Positions 44,341 through 57,026 of a DNA stretch of 64,000 nucleotides are shown here, in pieces. A model generated the notes under the pieces. The model saw nothing but the letters and a program-made list of their open reading frames with translations. It had not been told where the DNA came from and searched no databases. Both the position numbers and the translations under genes were made by a program. Source of the DNA: Octopus vulgaris (taxonomy: Eukaryota); contig OX597819.1 of assembly GCA_951406725.2 (NCBI GenBank), positions 120,466,001 to 120,530,000 of the forward strand, given 5' to 3'. Position 1 is the stretch's first letter, and each line of letters starts with the position of its first letter.

Positions 44341-45108
44341 AGATGCATGTGTTCGTATGTCTTTGCACACATGACCTTTTGCATATAATCTCTCCTTAGT
44401 CTTTATCCTATCTCCCACGCGTTTTATCTCCACTCATCATTGTCAACAAGCTTCTCAGTCGCCAATCTTCTCACTTGCCGACTCTCACTGACTTCTCTCT
44501 CTCTCCCACCCTGTCCTCTCCTCCCCCCCTGCCCCCACACTTTCCCTTTTCTAATGGCATGTGACGTTATACGATACGCAATCATCTCTGCAATGTAATC
44601 ACAAACAACGTGAAAATACAATACGTTGAAATTCCGCGAAAGATAACGCCGTGTTATGTGAGTGACAGTGTGAAATAGCGCAAACACCGACAGGCGCATA
44701 CACACACACACACAGATATATATATATATATATACACACACATTCAATACCATACGCACATTCAATACCATACTTAGCCACCTAGCTGCATATATTTACG
44801 CATGGTTCAGTGTGGGTGTTGATATTTGTATAGCAATGAAATTTTTTCTTTTATTAAAGAAGATGTATAAAAAATCAGATGAATATATACAAAAGTTATT
44901 CCGTAAAAATTCCCGAAAAAGCTGTCCTTAAATTCATAAATTCACTGTTTAGTATCTAAACTTTTTGGGCCAACGCCCGCCTCATGGCCACATGATACCC
45001 TCAGCGCCCTCACCCCTATTTTTATGTATAAATAAATATTTTATATTTTACTTATTTATATATACTATGAATTATTTGATATTTAATATATTATTATATA
45101 ATTTGTAC

Positions 45109-45530
45109 AGGCGTAGGAGTGGCTGTGTGGTAAGTAGCTTACTTACGAACCACATAGTTCCGGGTTCAGTCCCACTGCGTGCTACCTTGGGCAAGTGTCT
45201 TCTAATTTAGCCTCGAGCATACCAAAGCCTTGTGAGTGGATTTGGTAGGCGGAAACTGAAAGAAGCCCGTCGTATATATGTATATGTATATATATATATA
45301 TGTATGTGTGTATACGTTGTTGTGTCTGTGTTTGTCCCCCTCCTCCCAGCATCGCTTGACAACTGATGCTGGTGTGTTTACGTCCCCGTAACTTAGCGGT
45401 TCGTCTTAAGAGACCGACAAAATTAGTACTAGGCTTACAAAGAATAAGTCCTGGGGTCGATGTGCTCGACTAAAGGCATTGCTCCAGCATAGCCACAGTC
45501 AAATGACTAAAACAAGTAAAAGAGAATAGA
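45109..45530 (+). mobile_element. SINE family B, full length
   Basis: Matches 14791-15235. Confidence 0.93.
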
Positions 45531-45564
45531 AGGGAATACAATACTATAATACTATAATAAATTA

Positions 45565-45708
45565 ATAGGGTCCCCGAATTCACTGCTTACCTCCCAACGC
45601 CTCCTTATTCTCTACCCTACCCACCCCTCGCCCCCTTATGCACTACCGCCCAACTGGACTGTCTCAACGCTCACTGGGAGGCGGCAGCGCTCATTTTGAG
45701 AATTCTTT
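45565..45708. mobile_element. Possible hAT-type MITE
   Basis: TAGGGTCCCCGAA ... TTTGAGAATTCT ends resemble Charlie-type TIRs; decayed. Confidence 0.3.
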
Positions 45709-45859
45709 TACATGGATTCTTTTAATTTCATCATATAGATGAATTCTTTAATCCTTTTATTCTTTGATGCGTTTCAATCCAAAGGCTGTAACGATATTGG
45801 GTCTCCACCAATATTATTTCTTTTTCAATGGCCATTCTTTTGTGGTTGACTTTTGGTCA

Positions 45860-46230
45860 ATGAAACAGTTGAATACTGCTGCCCTCTTTTGAGATTCTCG
45901 CCATGTACTTCACAGCAGAAAGTCAAGATGTTTTCTTGAAAACATCTCCCATTCCATGTAGGTCTCTCAGATATTTTGACCAGATGTTAAGTAGCTGTGC
46001 GCTTTTGAATCCCAAGCTATAGCAGTACCTGGTCCTCTCTCTAGAAGAAATGGGTGGGATATTTGGAACAGCGCAGTGCACCTTGTGGGTTGGGATACCT
46101 CTCGATACCAGAGTTTGGTACAGACACCTCTAGCATTTTCCATATGTATATCACCGTATATTTCGCCCGTCTTCGCTCCAGGAAGTAGAGCCCTACCTTT
46201 TTATGTCTCTCCTAATATCTCAGCTGTCCC
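45860..46230 (-). mobile_element. CR1-group LINE C-terminal fragment
   Basis: LYFLERRRAKYTVIYIWKMLE...SLGFKSAQLLNI...LRDLHG. Confidence 0.8.
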
Positions 46231-47009
46231 ATTGGTGAATACCTACATTGGAATGACTGTATGGTGCAGACCAAAGACACCTTGATGGTTGTGCCTTCGA
46301 CCTCTCCTTGGAGCAGATTAGGGCCATGTGTTGTCTCCCAACTAGACTTACGGTCGTGGTTGACTCCCTTAGTTATAACTCCTTCACAGGCACACACAAT
46401 GAGGATTTATGCTCGGGATCGTCCTTCTTATCTACCTGCTTTCTAAGGCTGATGAACCAAAGCTTGTTATGACGCCGGTGTAGTTTTGGTTTCTCTTAGA
46501 AACCTGAATTAAGGATAGCTAAAGAGTACCGTATAGCTAGTGGCGTTATTCTACGTTAAATACTAACCTGAAATTTCAAAGTCTCTACTCTTAACTTTGA
46601 TTATGGATGAACCTGTCTTTGTCCCGTTCGACCTTTTCACATTTTGACAAGATATTAGACAACAACGTCTTTCCACTGCCAGGTTTTTGTGGTGGTTGTG
46701 ATGATCGGCTGGGTTAGGCGTTGATGATACGACTATCAGACAGCGTGTACGGAGCTACATGAATATATATATATGTGCGTGTATGTGTTTGTGCAAGCAA
46801 ATACTTTGTAATAGAAAGTGTAAACAGAGTCAGGAAGAAAAAAACAATAAAGAGGAAATAAGTGGAAGGTTGGTAACACCTGCTGAAAATAGCAATAATT
46901 CAGATTCTATCGTTTTTAAATAATATAGTTAGTACTTGTACAAAAGTATTCCGATACATGCAATGAGAGAAAAGATCTTACACACACACAGACACAGACA
47001 CACACACAA

Positions 47010-47095
<86 letters not shown>

Positions 47096-47596
47096 TTTAC
47101 ATATACATGGCAAACGTTTACTGGAACTGGCAACAGGATGGGAAAATGTCAGAAGTGGATTAACTCAGTTTACAAAGAAAGAAGGCTGACAGTTACTTCG
47201 AAGATTCGACCACGTATATTTCATGGTATATATGCGTGTATGTGTGTGTGTGTGTATTTGTGTGTGTATGTGTGTGTCTGTGTGTGCATGTGTGTGAGTG
47301 CAAAGTCCTCGTTGAATGCATGTGAAATATATGGGGGTGAGGTCAGTTGGAAAAATAATGTTTGTCATCGCCACCAATACAGGAAATAAGTAAAGAAAGA
47401 AGTGGGTATTTTAGAAAAATATACTCACTATTGATGCTCGGAAAGGGACCCCCACCACCAGAGTAGCGAATGGTGGTGGTGGTAGTGGTGTTGATGGTGG
47501 GGATCCTGGTTTGCAATGTTTGCGGTTGTGGGCGATTATCAAGAGCTACGTTCATTAGTCACCAGCGGAGTCACAATAGCCATCACCATCATCATC

Positions 47597-47687
<91 letters not shown>

Positions 47688-47789
47688 CCATCTTTCTTGC
47701 ACACACATTCGCGTACGCACACGAACACACGTGCACACACACACATATGTATTTATAAATACATACGTGTGTGCGTGTGTATGTGCCTA

Positions 47790-48015
47790 TATGTGTGTGT
47801 GTGTGTGTTTCTTAATCTCCACTCTACCGCGCTTGACAATTGGTGTTAGTAGCTGTCTCTGTGACAAAAGAAATCGGCAAAAGAAATCGATTGAATGAGT
47901 ACCAGATTTATTTTTTGAAAGAATGAAAGAAGCATAAGTAATGGTGTCGATTTGGTCGACTAAATCCATTTAAGTCGGTGCTCCAGTATGGCTGCAGCCA
48001 AATCACGAAAAGCAA
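47790..48015 (+). mobile_element. Degenerate SINE family B tail
   Basis: GCTTGACAA...GTCGATTTGGTCGACTAAA...GGTGCTCCAGTATGGCTGCAG. Confidence 0.65.
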
Positions 48016-49104
48016 TATGAGATGTGGATATAAATGTGAATACGATGATGAACTGACTCAATAGACACGTTCTCACATTTGATCAGCTGCTGTATGCAGA
48101 TTGGTGTTTACTAACAACAAAATACACATACACATATATAAAAATTCTACAATTATAAACATAATTGTAATTAGGGTTCAGCAACATTGCTTAACCACAT
48201 ACCGAAATTTAGAAATAGCAGTTAAATACTATCCCACTACCATAAGATATCTCCCAGATAGCAATACTCTCAACTCACGCAGGCAAAGAGAAAAAATAAC
48301 GAATCCAATCGACTTTGATTAACTATATACGCGTTTCTGGGTAAAAGAGATCTAAAATCAAACTTTTACTCACTTATTCCTGTCGTCAGTATAGTATTTC
48401 AATTTTAAATTTGAGAATACTGATAATTACATATGTATTCGACCAAAGCGCCATCGAACAACTTATATCGAAAGACCAGTACTTCTGAATTCAAACAGAC
48501 GAATGAGACCTCGCATTGTCCCCCAATCACCCACATATGTATATTTATGCATCTATTGTCGTTTATCACTGAAGGCTGGTCCGGCAAAACATCACAGTGA
48601 TAAATGAATCAATGCTAAGTGAATGATCACGTATTTTGTAAATGGAGCGAATCGTAGGTAGATTCATTGACACCAAACTCGCGGCCCTACATCTGCGAAG
48701 CCTCCACCTTTTACATATATTCTTGGCCATCTCTGCCTTTTTCCCGTTGTCAGTATACATGTCTCGAGTCGTTTGTTAGACACAGGCGCCTTCACATATT
48801 GATGGTTACGAGTCCGTTAACCCGTACAAAAATAATAAAAATAAAAAGATGTGGCTGACTCGCAACTCGGTCATGTTAACGCAAACAATAACCAGTATAA
48901 TCTGGGTGACCAGGCATTGTGAAAGGTCACTGATGTACATTTTTCGGGCTCATTCAGAAACTTTGGCCAATCGCTGACCTGTGTTTATCAAAAAAATCCG
49001 CGATAAGCGCAATATGGTTCACAATTGAACGCTCCGTATTTTCCAGTTCAGTGTTGAATAAATTCTAATAAAATGAGCCCCATGTAAACTATGTATGGAT
49101 GTAT

Positions 49105-49438
49105 GCCGTTAATCAGTTTTATTTCAAAAGTTCTTGCCAATAGGGAAAGAGCCGGTTTCTAACCTGTATGTATGTATGTATATATGTATGTGTGTATATA
49201 TATATGTATGTGTGTATGTATGCATATATATATGTATGTGTGTATGTATATATGTATGTGTGTATGTATGTACGTACGTACGTATGTATGTATGTCATTT
49301 CCGAGTTTTATTTCAAGATTTCTTTCCAATAGAGAAAGAATCGGTTTATAACCTAGATCCGAAGCTCTTTCATTTGAATATCAACATCAACAACAGGGTA
49401 TTTTTGTATGTATGTATGTATGTATGTATGTATGTATG

Positions 49439-49469
<31 letters not shown>

Positions 49470-49531
49470 TGTATGTATGTATGCATGTATGTATGTATGT
49501 ATGTATGTATGTATGTATGTGTGTATGTATG

Positions 49532-49562
<31 letters not shown>

Positions 49563-49617
49563 TGTATGTATGTATGTATATATGTATGTAATGTATGTAT
49601 GTATGTATGTATGTATG

Positions 49618-49648
<31 letters not shown>

Positions 49649-49990
49649 GTATGTATGTATACGTGCAGATTTGTGTTTTGTTTTATGTATATCTTCTCAT
49701 GCGTACATTTATGTGCATGTCTAGACATTCTCATATATACTTAAATGATAAACTTGTAAGTTTTACAGATGTTTAGTTTTAGTGATAGATTGCATCTGTA
49801 GTCTTCGAATCAGCTTTCTTCTTTCTGGTTCTGAGAAGCCTAATTTCTCAAGATTGTTATTTAGGTAGTGTTACATTATTCAGTTTTATTTCAAGAATGT
49901 TTGCCAATAGAGAAAGAAGCGGTTTCTAACCTAGATCCAAGACCCTTTCATTGAGATTTCAACATCAACAACAGGATATGTTTTGTATGT
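49105..49990 (-). mobile_element. Tandem 3' ends of the (TACA)n-associated RLE LINE
   Basis: Terminal module three times (about 49110-49165, 49296-49405, 49873-49985) plus ORF C-terminus and UTR at 49665-49870, interleaved with (TGTA)n. Confidence 0.82.
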
Positions 49991-50829
49991 ATGTATGCAT
50001 GCATGCATGTATGTATGTATGTATGTATGTATGTATGTATGTATGGATTGATGGATGGATGGATGGATGGATGGATGGATGGGTGGATGGATAGATGGAT
50101 GTATGTATGTATGTAGTAATGGATGGATGGTTGTTTGTACGTATGTACGGTCTCTCTATTTTCGGTCATGTGAAGACATCCTGCATGGATGGAGGTCGTA
50201 CCTGACAAAATGAATCACTGGAATGTTGGTAACTTGAGAAAAGTCTTGAATATTTTTACTCTTCCTCTTACTGTTAGTATTTGTAATGTGCGTTTGCCGA
50301 TTGAGGCGAAAATCTCAGGGTTCCTTATTACCTAAGATTTTTCGTGCTAGATCCTACTGTCTACTTCTTCCGCAATGAATGAGGGGGGGCGGGGGGCGAA
50401 TCGTAATTTGCTCCTGTCTAGTCTTGATCTCTCTCACTCTCTCTCTCTCTCACACTCTCTCTCACACTCTCTCTCTCTCACTCTCTCTCTGTGTCACTCA
50501 TTCACACACACATACTCACTCATACACATGCACACAGAAACAAAGATACACATACACACCTGTACACACACACACACACACTATTTCTTACTATCTCTCC
50601 CTCTTTTTCTCTCTTTCCCCCTCTCTCTCTCTACATATACACACAACATATGCACACATATAAATACATACGCACATACACACACATACATATGTACACA
50701 TTGACATTGCATATATACATAAATTCACGCATATACAAAGATGTGTGAGTGTGTGTGTGTATGTGTTAGTACATTCACTCATTCAGAAGAATGGGACTAA
50801 TGGTATGTGAGATATAAATCACTGTGTAA

Positions 50830-51545
50830 GTGCACGCACACACACATACACATACACATAGACACATATACACAGATATGCATACACACACATACACACA
50901 TACACACACATACAGCTATGCATAGAGAGGTACACACACTCACACGCTGACACACACAGACAAATATATACAGATATGCATACACACACATACAGATATG
51001 TATAGATACGTATACACACTCACACGCTGATACACACATAGACACATATATACAGATACACACACACATACACACACATACAACTATGCATAGATAGGCA
51101 CACACACTCACACGCTGACACACACATAGACAAATATACACAGATATGCATAGATAGGTACACACACACAATCACACACTTGCACACACATAGACACATA
51201 CACACAGATATGCATACACACACATACAAGTATGTATAGACAGGTACACACACTCACGCTGACACACACATAAACACATATATACAGAAATGCATAGATA
51301 GGTACACACACACAATCACACACTTACACACACACAGATATGCACACACACACACATATACACACATACAGACACACACATACTAGTATACACATAGACA
51401 CACATATATACAGATACACACACACACACACACACAGATATGCAGACACACACATATACACACATACAGACACACTCATACAAGTATACACATAGACACA
51501 TATATACAGATACACACACACACACACACACGCATACACACACAC
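50830..51545 (+). repeat. CA-rich degenerate minisatellite
   Basis: Recurring TATGCATAGATAGGTACACACAC and CTCACACGCTGACACAC markers. Confidence 0.8.
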
Positions 51546-51797
51546 ATTTTGTATGCATTGCATGGTTGTACCAGAATACGAAACAACGTATGTAACGCAA
51601 ACGTTATCTCTGCTTTGTGTGTAAATGTCACAAGCAATTAACACTCTACACAGTTCTAAATATGCGTGTGTGTATTTCAACGTTTCTTATCACTACTTAA
51701 ACTGACATAATCTACATTCGAACCCCTCTCGCTCCCACCCACTCTTTTTTTTTTTGTGCATTTCTTAAACACTCCTATTATCTTCTTGATTTTCTTT

Positions 51798-51841
<44 letters not shown>

Positions 51842-52165
51842 TTTCCATTCTTTGTCGGTTTCATCGTCTTCTATTCTATTTTGATTTTTCCATTTAACAT
51901 CTTTATCTACTTATAGTAAAATTTTTCATCATTCTCTTTCTAGCCATTTCCTCCTACTCCTCCTCTTCTTCTCCCTCCTCCTCCTCCTCCTCCTTCCCTG
52001 TGTCTATGTCTGTGTGTGGGTCTGTGCGTGTATACTGGGACCTAAATAGACACAGAAATACGTATATATAAGTGTACATGCGCCTATTACACACAAACAC
52101 ACACGAACACTCACACATATATATATAAGTATATGTGAATATATAGCTATAAGTACATATATATT

Positions 52166-52200
<35 letters not shown>

Positions 52201-52279
52201 ATGTGCGTGTGTGTGTGTGTACATTTACAGATGTACTTATATATTTACATTTATTCATATGCAAATACATTTATACATA

Positions 52280-52745
<466 letters not shown>

Positions 52746-53074
52746 ACATAAGCGCACACAAATGCATACAGATACGTTCGTTTTTGTGTGTGCATAAGTA
52801 TTCATATTTATCTACGTTCACTCACCCTTTTTTTTTTAAAAATAAAATTGTTTATATTTATTGCTCATTCATTTAACTTTTATTTCTATGTTATTTGTAT
52901 TTTCGTCTGCCAGCAAAAAAAAAAAAAATAATAATAATAATAATAATTCGGAGACGTTCCACAATATTTGAAGGCACCTAAGCATAATTACACATGCGCT
53001 CATACTTACAAATTTAACCTCCATATATATCTACAGATATTTTCACCCTTTACTATAATGTTTCATAGATAAAC

Positions 53075-53203
53075 GATTGACAAAGGAAGTTGATGTTAAC
53101 CCTTGGCGTCAAATGCCGCTGATGAGAATTAAGGTGGTCTACACCAAAATTCGAAATCGCGATACGGCTATATGCGCTAGGGACCTACCTCCCTTTGTCA
53201 GTC
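53075..53203 (+). ncRNA. Type I hammerhead ribozyme motif with extended stem I
   Basis: gccg CUGAUGA gaauu-aa-ggug-gucua-cacc-aa-aauuc GAAA u-cgcg-a UA cggc (53115-53168); further pairing 53100-53109/53174-53182 and 53075-53086/53192-53203. Confidence 0.82.
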
Positions 53204-53557
53204 AATATGTATAATGCTTTAATGGCTTTGTAGTTAATTTAACTCTTATTTTAGCATAAGCAGTGCAAGTTAGAAACCTCAATAATTTTCGAGACCTCAA
53301 TTAATTTTACGTTAAGATTCTAATTGCTAATAAGCAACCCTTTTAATTTGTATGTTCATACATACAAATGTGTGTTTGCGCGCGTCTGGTATTAACGTTG
53401 TACCCTTGTTTGTGTAGGTGTATGTGTGTATGTGTGATCGTGCGCATACACACACATACACATAAACACGCACACACATAAATATATTTCTTGAGGGAAG
53501 CTACATTTATGTTGAGTTAGTCATTGCTGCTTTTCTCATTTGTATAATTTTATTTTT

Positions 53558-53674
53558 ATGCATCTGAAGATTGCTCTACATTTTAAGTTGATGTAATGTT
53601 TGCATTGTTCAATTAAATGGAGTCGCATGAAACGATCGTACTGCATTACCTCTGGATATTCTTGTTGCTTATTT

Positions 53675-53677
<3 letters not shown>
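53558..53677 (+). ncRNA. Hammerhead-like motif with long stem II in a (TA)n-adjacent repeat
   Basis: augcau CUGAAGA uugc...gcau GAAA c-gauc-g UA cugcau; second copy at 60266-60386. Confidence 0.62.
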
Positions 53678-53711
<34 letters not shown>

Positions 53712-54129
53712 CACACACACACACATTGGAAACAGATATACACTTAGGTATAATTGACATATGTCGCTTACATGAATGTTAGTTCACCTAAGCGCGATAT
53801 TTATTTACCGATAGTACGCAAAGGTACATCAACATGTTTCTACTTTGAAGTAGTGAAATAAATCACTTGAAAAATCTTCCTGCAAGAAAATATGAAGCAG
53901 TCACCAATCGTTACGTCGTAGGGTACCTACGCCTTTCGGTGATTATTCTCGTTGACAACCGCTCATTTAGTCCTCCACCAACACCAACACCAGTGTCACC
54001 CCCCCCACTATCATCATCATGATCATCATGATCATCATCGTCGTCGTCGTTGTCCTCCTCCTCCAACTCTTTCTCCTCCTCCTCCTCATCATCATCATCC
54101 TCAAAATCAAATTAACCCGATTTCCGTGG

Positions 54130-54335
54130 CTTATGACTAAAGTGGATCACGAGACCACACCAACGAACACGATGCTACCCGTCGCAGGATTACCCACATA
54201 CAGGTGAGTGCACTGGAGCAACGTGTAACGAAGGGATTTGCTCAGAAACACAACACACTGCCCGATTCGGGGATTGAAACCACGGTCTTGCAACTATGAA
54301 TACAATGCCATAAGCACTGGGCTTCTCGCATTCAC
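54130..54335 (-). mobile_element. SINE family C, divergent tail
   Basis: CACTGGAGCAACGTG...TTTGCTCAGAAACACAACAC core in reverse orientation. Confidence 0.65.
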
Positions 54336-54442
54336 TTCCTTATCCGTTATTGATCTCATGATTGGTTGATACTGAAGAATCGATTACTGACGGGAAAGAC
54401 AACGAAGCAGCTATGTTATGTATCCTGTTGAGAAAAATTACA

Positions 54443-54860
54443 AGGCGGGCGAAGTGGCTGAATCGCTAGCGTTTTGGGCTAAATGCTTAGTAGTATTTCT
54501 TCCAAATCTTTACGTTCAGAGTTCAAATACCGAAGTCAGCCATACTTCGAAAGTACAATTATCAATTGTAGAATTCTTTGATGTACGAGGGATTGCTGGA
54601 AAGTTTCTGGTTTTATGGTTATCGCGAAAGACCTGGTTGAAGGCCCAGCCTTCCGAGTTCTTTTACAGGGCTTAGAAAAACCGAAGGACTGCTGCAATAA
54701 GTGTGTGAATCTGAGAGGAAAATATATTGAATGAAATCATGATTTTCTGATCCTCCAGTATTTTCTTTTACTCAAAGCCAGGAACTCTTTTGCACCCCTC
54801 ATAACCATCTACTAGCCTTATTAAAAATTTCAGGCCTTGCGCCAGTAGTAAAAAGAATTA
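54443..54860 (+). mobile_element. Old SINE family A copy split by a mariner MITE
   Basis: Head 54443-54540; T2 tail 54805-54860. Confidence 0.6.
54584..54803 (+). mobile_element. Mariner-derived MITE
   Basis: TIRs TACGAGGGATTGCTGGAAAGTTTCTGG / CCAGGAACTCTTTTGCACCCCTCATA; internal WLKAQPSEFFY...CNKCVNLRGKYIE* transposase C-terminus. Confidence 0.85.
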
Positions 54861-55132
54861 TATAACAATACACGGAAAAAAAGTTGATAGAAGTGAATAT
54901 TATTTGTCCTCATTGCAATTTTTGAGAGAAATCATCAAAAAATCGAAGGAAAAGATATGGTAATTTACTGATAGTGAATTCCAAATTGAAATCTAATATA
55001 GATATCGTCCCAGGAATACGAGCTATGATCTTAAATGCAATTTGATTTGTGGAAACGCGCGTAGCGATGCATTAAATGTTTACAAATTCCATCCTCGGAA
55101 TTATTGTTACTATTATTATATACTTACGCGAA

Positions 55133-55525
55133 AGGCAGCGAGCTGGCAGAAACGTTAGCACGCCGGGCGAAATACGTAGCCGTATTTCGTCTGCCGCTAC
55201 GTTCTGAGTTCAAATTCCGCCGAGGTCGACTTTGCCTTTCATCCTTTCGGGATCGATTAAATAAGTACCCGTTACGCACTGGGGTCGATGTAATCGACTT
55301 AACCCCTTTATCTGTCCTTCTTTGTCCTCTCTGTGTTTAGTCCATTGTGGGTAGAAAAGAAATAGGTATTTTGTCTGGTGCTACGTTCTGAGTTCAAATT
55401 CCGCCTAGGTCGAATTTGCCTTTCATCCTTTCGGGGTTGAGAAAATAATTACCAGTTGAACATTAGGGTCGATGTAATCGACTCATATCCACCTCCCCTT
55501 AGCTGCCCCTGTAGCAAAAATTTGA
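55133..55525 (+). mobile_element. Dimeric SINE family A
   Basis: Full unit, then GAAATAGGTATTT junction, then a second body. Confidence 0.9.
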
Positions 55526-55588
55526 AATACTTATTCTATAGATACACATATACCATATATCACATAGATACATATAATATATATAGAC

Positions 55589-55646
<58 letters not shown>

Positions 55647-55648
<2 letters not shown>

Positions 55649-56357
55649 AACTAGTTTAATTTAAACATCTTGGTATCCTGAGTTTCCAGTGTGTCGCTAA
55701 CCTTCGGCCGTTGAGCTTAAATGAAAGTTTGATTAAAGAGTCAATGTTTGCTACTAGATATAAGCCTGCGACTGGTCGAGAAAGGCCACGTGGTGTTGCA
55801 ATTTGATGTTGGAATTCAGCGACAACAAATACCGCATGGTGAACAGGAAATTGACCGCGTGATGGAGAGGTAGTCGGTCACGTGGTTGGGGGAATTATGA
55901 CGGGGGAGGACGATGCAAGAGTATATATGCATATATATGTTCATGTATATACCCATTTATCTGCGTGTATGCGCCCATACGCGTCCAAGTTTATAATTGT
56001 GCGTAGATGCACATTCACACATCTGCGCGCGCGAAGAAAAACACACACGAACAGACACAAACACACGAACGCAGGAACTCACAGGCACGCACACACACCC
56101 ACACACACACTCACTCACACGATCGATTTCCTGTCCACCACGCGGTCGGTTTCCTGTTCATCATGTAGTATTTTCCCAGTAATTTTTGTTACCCTAAATA
56201 CCAGTATCAAACAGCGATACCACGTGACCTTTTTCAACCAATCGCAGCCCAGTAGTAAATATTGACTCGTTGACTCTCTTTAATAAAACTCAATGAACGA
56301 AGACTAGACAAACGCTTGAAACTCGGGGTACCAAGGTGTTTGGATAAAACTGATTTG
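55647..56357. repeat. Diverged long inverted repeat (about 240-bp arms)
   Basis: 55647-55884 aligns to the reverse complement of 56117-56357 throughout. Confidence 0.8.
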
Positions 56358-56419
56358 ATCCACACATCTAACACCCGATAAATGTGTTGAGTCCTCTTCT
56401 TTCGTTTGTCTACTCACTC

Positions 56420-56478
<59 letters not shown>

Positions 56479-56964
56479 CGTGTGTCTGTGTGCGTGTGTG
56501 TGTGTGTATATATATATACATATTTATTATATTGTTATTATATGACCGAACGCACGCGTTGTTTTTTCTTCTCCAAGTAAGTTTTTAGTTGAATAATTAT
56601 GACGCGCACTCTTACTCTTTACTTGACCTTTCCTAACAGCCTGTCTGTCTTCCTCTCTGACCGTTGACCGGAGTGCTACTAAACTTTCTTTCTGCCCTGC
56701 TTTCAACAAGCCAACATCGACTTCTCTGTCTTCCGCAAGCCGATTTTTCCCATGCGTTCTAATGAATTTTTCCACCGTCTATAGGCTTAAAAAAAGCCCT
56801 TACTGTTGGTTTCCTTGTCCTGTTATTCTTTATTTGTAATGTTTTTATCTACTGTTTTTTCTTCATTTGTATTGCTTTTGCGTCCTGTTCTTGTCACTTG
56901 TTTTACCCCTCTGCAAAAGAATTTTATTAAATTCCTTTTGCAGGAAGGATTGCTTCGGCCGGGT

Positions 56965-57026
56965 CGTGTTCTGCCCTTACCTTCGAAACACGTATTGAGT
57001 CAAACCAGGGGCAGCTGATGAAGGGG
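56965..57026 (+). ncRNA. Candidate non-circularly permuted hammerhead ribozyme
   Basis: All three core segments with correctly abutting stems I (8 bp), II (4 bp) and III (5 bp), in the order UH strand, GAAA strand, CUGAUGA strand. Confidence 0.62.

Noticed and set aside
46440-46510. CTGATGA hairpin as a hammerhead or C/D snoRNA
   Set aside because: GAAA is displaced 8 nt from stem II with no stem III, and there is no terminal stem or recognisable guide for a snoRNA.
48560-48606. TTTATCACTG/CAGTGATAAA hairpin as a pre-miRNA
   Set aside because: The stem is only 10-13 bp with a 23-nt loop, and no known miRNA sequence was recognised.
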